NCBI GenBank assembly: GCA_903813345.2
Contig: CAIIXF020000001.1
Coordinates: forward strand, 32,736,001 to 32,800,000
Source: Owenia fusiformis
Taxonomy: Eukaryota
Direction of reading: 5' to 3'
DNA: 64,000 nt
Part shown: one piece after another, positions 61,201-64,000 of the stretch
How positions within the stretch are numbered: the stretch's first letter is position 1
Layout: the number at the start of each line of letters is the position of its first letter
Program-made: the position numbers and the translations under genes
Notes under the pieces: model-generated
What the model was told of the DNA's origin: nothing
Database searches by the model: none
What the model saw: only the letters and a program-made list of their open reading frames with translations

Positions 61201-64000
61201 ACCAGTTTTCTCAATAACCATAAGGTTTCTAGTAAAGTCAGTCATTTGGTCAATTTAGGTCCAGAATCTAGTTCCTCGGAAATTGGGTCAAATTTTTATC
61301 TAGGTCAAAGGTCAAGAACTAGGTCAAATCCAGTACTTTGTCACTTTTTTCGATTTTCTCGGTCGTCCTTCAATATTTTTGATCCGGGTTTTTTTCATTG
61401 TGTTCCTCATAAAAAAGTAGAAAACCTAGGGTCGATTTAGTTTTTTAATATCTCAAACTGATTTCGAGATATCAGTGTCCGAAAACAAGGTCCAAAAAAA
61501 ATTTCTCCGAATCAAATGTCCAGGATGTAAGTGTTATAGGAAATTTCCTCAGGATTCCGAATCTGAAAACCAAATTCGAATCAGACTTCCGGTTCGGAAG
61601 TTATGGCGTTTTGAAAACTCAAAAATCGCTAAATTTGGTGCCCATGTTAAGTCAATGGGAAAAAAGATTTTTTTGAAGTGAAAAATACAGAATATAGACT
61701 GAGTTCAGCTTCATATAATCAAAGCCTTTAAAGGAAGGGGACCTCAAAAGCCATCTAGCTTGAAAATTTGGACACCAAAATGCCTAGGTCAAAATCTAGG
61801 TCAAATTCATGGGTTTTCCTTATTTTTTCGATTCTGACACTACACTTTAATTATATTCTTCGAAATTATGTATACATGTAGCCAAGAATATGCTTATAGT
61901 GTTAGCCTTTTGCCGTCAGAAAGTATTTTGACCCACTTTTGAGATATGGTGTCCGAAAAGTAGGTCAAAATAAAAAATTCTCCAAATTTAATATATGAGT
62001 TATGAATTAAGGGTAGAATTTCGTCAGGAATCCGAATCTGCAAACAAAATTTCGATCCGACTTCCGGTTCGGAAGTTATGGCGTGTCCGAAAAGTAGGTC
62101 AAAATAAAAAATCTCCAAATTTAACAAATGAGTTATGAATTAGGGGTAGAATTTTGTCAGGAATCCGAATCTGCAAACCAAATTTCGATCCGACTTCCGG
62201 GTCGGAAGTTATGGCGTTTTGAAATTTCAAGAAAAATCGATCTGATGGTATCCTGATAGAAAGTCAAAAGTAGAGAAGAAAATATTGAAAAATGCATCCA
62301 TCCTTCCTTTCTGATCCTATCCTATCCTTCCTATCTACCATTGCTTCGTATCCTCTCCTTCATATCCTTCCTATTCTATCCCTTCTTCCTATTCTATTAT
62401 ATCATTCTTTCCTATTCTATCCTATAGTTCCTTCCTATTCTATCCTATCCTTCCTTCCTTTTTCATCCATCCATCCATCCATCTTTTTCTGGATGACTTA
62501 GCTTATTTTGGATGACTTGGCTTATTCTGGATGACTCGGATAAAAAAAGTCTAGATCTGGAGTCTGAAATTGAACTCGTTCAATTTCCAAAATCTAGTTA
62601 TTCTTATTCTTATTATTCTAAACCAGTTTTCTCAATAACCATAAGGTTTTCAGTAAAGTCAGTCATTTGGTCAATTTAGGTCCAGAATCTAGTTCCTCGG
62701 AAATTGGGTCAAATTTTTATCTAGGTCAAAGGTCAAGAACTAGGTCAAATCCAGTACTTTGTCACTTTTTTCGATTTTCTCGGTCGTCCTTCAATATTTT
62801 CAATCCGGGTTTTTTTCATTGTGTTCCTTATAAAAAAGTAGGAAACCTAGGGTCGATTTAGTTTTTTGATATCTCAAACCGATTTCGAGATATCAGTGAC
62901 CGAAAACGAGGTCCAAAAAAAAGTTCTCCGAATCAAATGTCCAGGATATTAGTCTTATAGGAAATTTTCTCAGGATTCCGAATCTGAAAACGAAATTTGG
63001 ATCTGACTTCTAGTTCGGAAGTTATGGCGTTTTGAAAGCTCAAAAATCGCTAAATTTGGTGCCCATGTTAAGTCAATGGGAAAAAATATTTTTTTGAAGT
63101 GAAAAATACGGAATATAGACTGAGTTCAGCTTCATATAATCAAAGCCTTTAAAAGAAGGGGACCTCAAAAGCCATCTAGCTTCACAATTTGGACACCGAA
63201 ATGCCTAGGTCAAAATCTAGGTCAAGTTCATAGGTTTTCCTTATTTTTTCGATTCTGACACTACACTTTAATTATATTCTTCGAAATTGTGTATACATGT
63301 AGCCAAGAATATGCTTATAGTGTTAGCCTTTTGCCGTCAGAAAGTATTTTGACCCACTTTTGAGATATGGTGTCCGAAAAGTAGGTCAAAATAAAAAGTT
63401 CTCCAAATTGAATATATGAGTTATGAATTAATGGTAGAATTTTGTCAGGAATCCGAATCTGCAAACCAAATTTCGATCCGATTTCCCGTTCGGAAGTTAT
63501 GGCGTGTCCGAAAAGTAGGTCAAAATAAAAAATCTCCAAATTTAACGTATGAGTTATGAATTAGGGGTAGAATTTTGTCAGGAATCCGAATCTGCAAACC
63601 AAATTTCGATCCGACTACCGGTTCGGAAGTGATAGCGTTTTGAAATTTCGAGAAAAATCGATCTGATGGTATCCTGATAGAAAGTCAAGAGTAGAGAAGA
63701 AAATATTGAAAAATGCATCCATCCTTCCTTTCTGATCCTATCCTATCCTTCCTATCTACCCTTGCTTCGTTTCCTCTCCTTCCTATTCTATCCCTTCTTC
63801 CTATTCTATTCTATCCTTCTTTCCTATTCTATCCTATCGTTCCTTCCTATTCTATCCTATCCTTCCTTCCTTTTTCATCCATCCATCCATCCATCCATCC
63901 ATCCATCCATCCATCCTTCTTTTTCTTGATGACTTAGTTCATTTTGGATGACTTGGCTTATTCTGGATGACTCGGCTAAAAAAAGTCTAGATCTGGAGTC
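43213..64000 (-). mobile_element. Large array of Helentron/HINE-like elements (at least 11 bodies of ~1.4-2.7 kb, 10 stacked terminal hairpins); runs off the window
   Basis: Each body ends ...TCTGGAGTCT..AATTGAAC..GTTCAATTT..TCTAGTT (AACTAGA start on the minus strand) at ~45469, 47390, 50279, 52910, 54815, 56704, 58099, 59771, 61190 and 62599. Opposite ends AGACTCCAGAT-(T)GAA(A)-ATCTGGAGTCT are clustered at 43218-43560 (6) and 47394-47600 (4). All junctions fall in TTA/TTC microsatellite. Confidence 0.8.
46230..46995. repeat. 133-bp internal tandem subrepeat of the array bodies (about 6 units here; copy number varies between bodies)
   Basis: GTCCGAAAAGTAG-like motif at 46366, 46499 and 46632 (period 133). 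About 4 units at 58875-59370 and 2 in several other bodies. Confidence 0.92.

Noticed and set aside
43418..63937. Many recurrent 60-140-aa ORFs (e.g. MVNLGPESSSSEIGSN.., MEIFYFDLLFGH..)
   Set aside because: They recur only because the DNA is repeated. Frames open and close between copies and no domains are recognisable.

Overview
AT-rich eukaryotic genomic DNA, probably from a marine invertebrate (inferred from the TE repertoire). It is almost entirely transposable-element derived, and the only credible host-gene signal is one PAN/Apple-domain terminal exon (26263-26504, minus strand). Main contents: (1) two clusters (about 4.5-7.4 kb and 13.1-14.2 kb) of abutting 'IR-bounded body + long hairpin' units with strand-specific GA/GA bubbles and GNA triloops, probably non-autonomous Crypton-type elements; (2) a seven-level nested TE stack (8738-22479) containing a Helentron-type element, two copies of a CACTGTG-ended element with 5-bp TSDs, Harbinger-like MITEs and a decayed CR1-type LINE; (3) a third copy of the CACTGTG element (29489-35217) with its own nested insertions; (4) a 3.1-kb foldback derived from an Academ transposase 3' half (38443-41585); (5) a decayed D34D mariner (41957-42995); (6) a >20-kb array of Helentron-like elements apparently built by self-nesting plus tandem duplication (43.2-64 kb). 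Termini and TSDs were read by eye. Superfamily names come from recalled terminal/TSD rules and protein motifs, not database searches.
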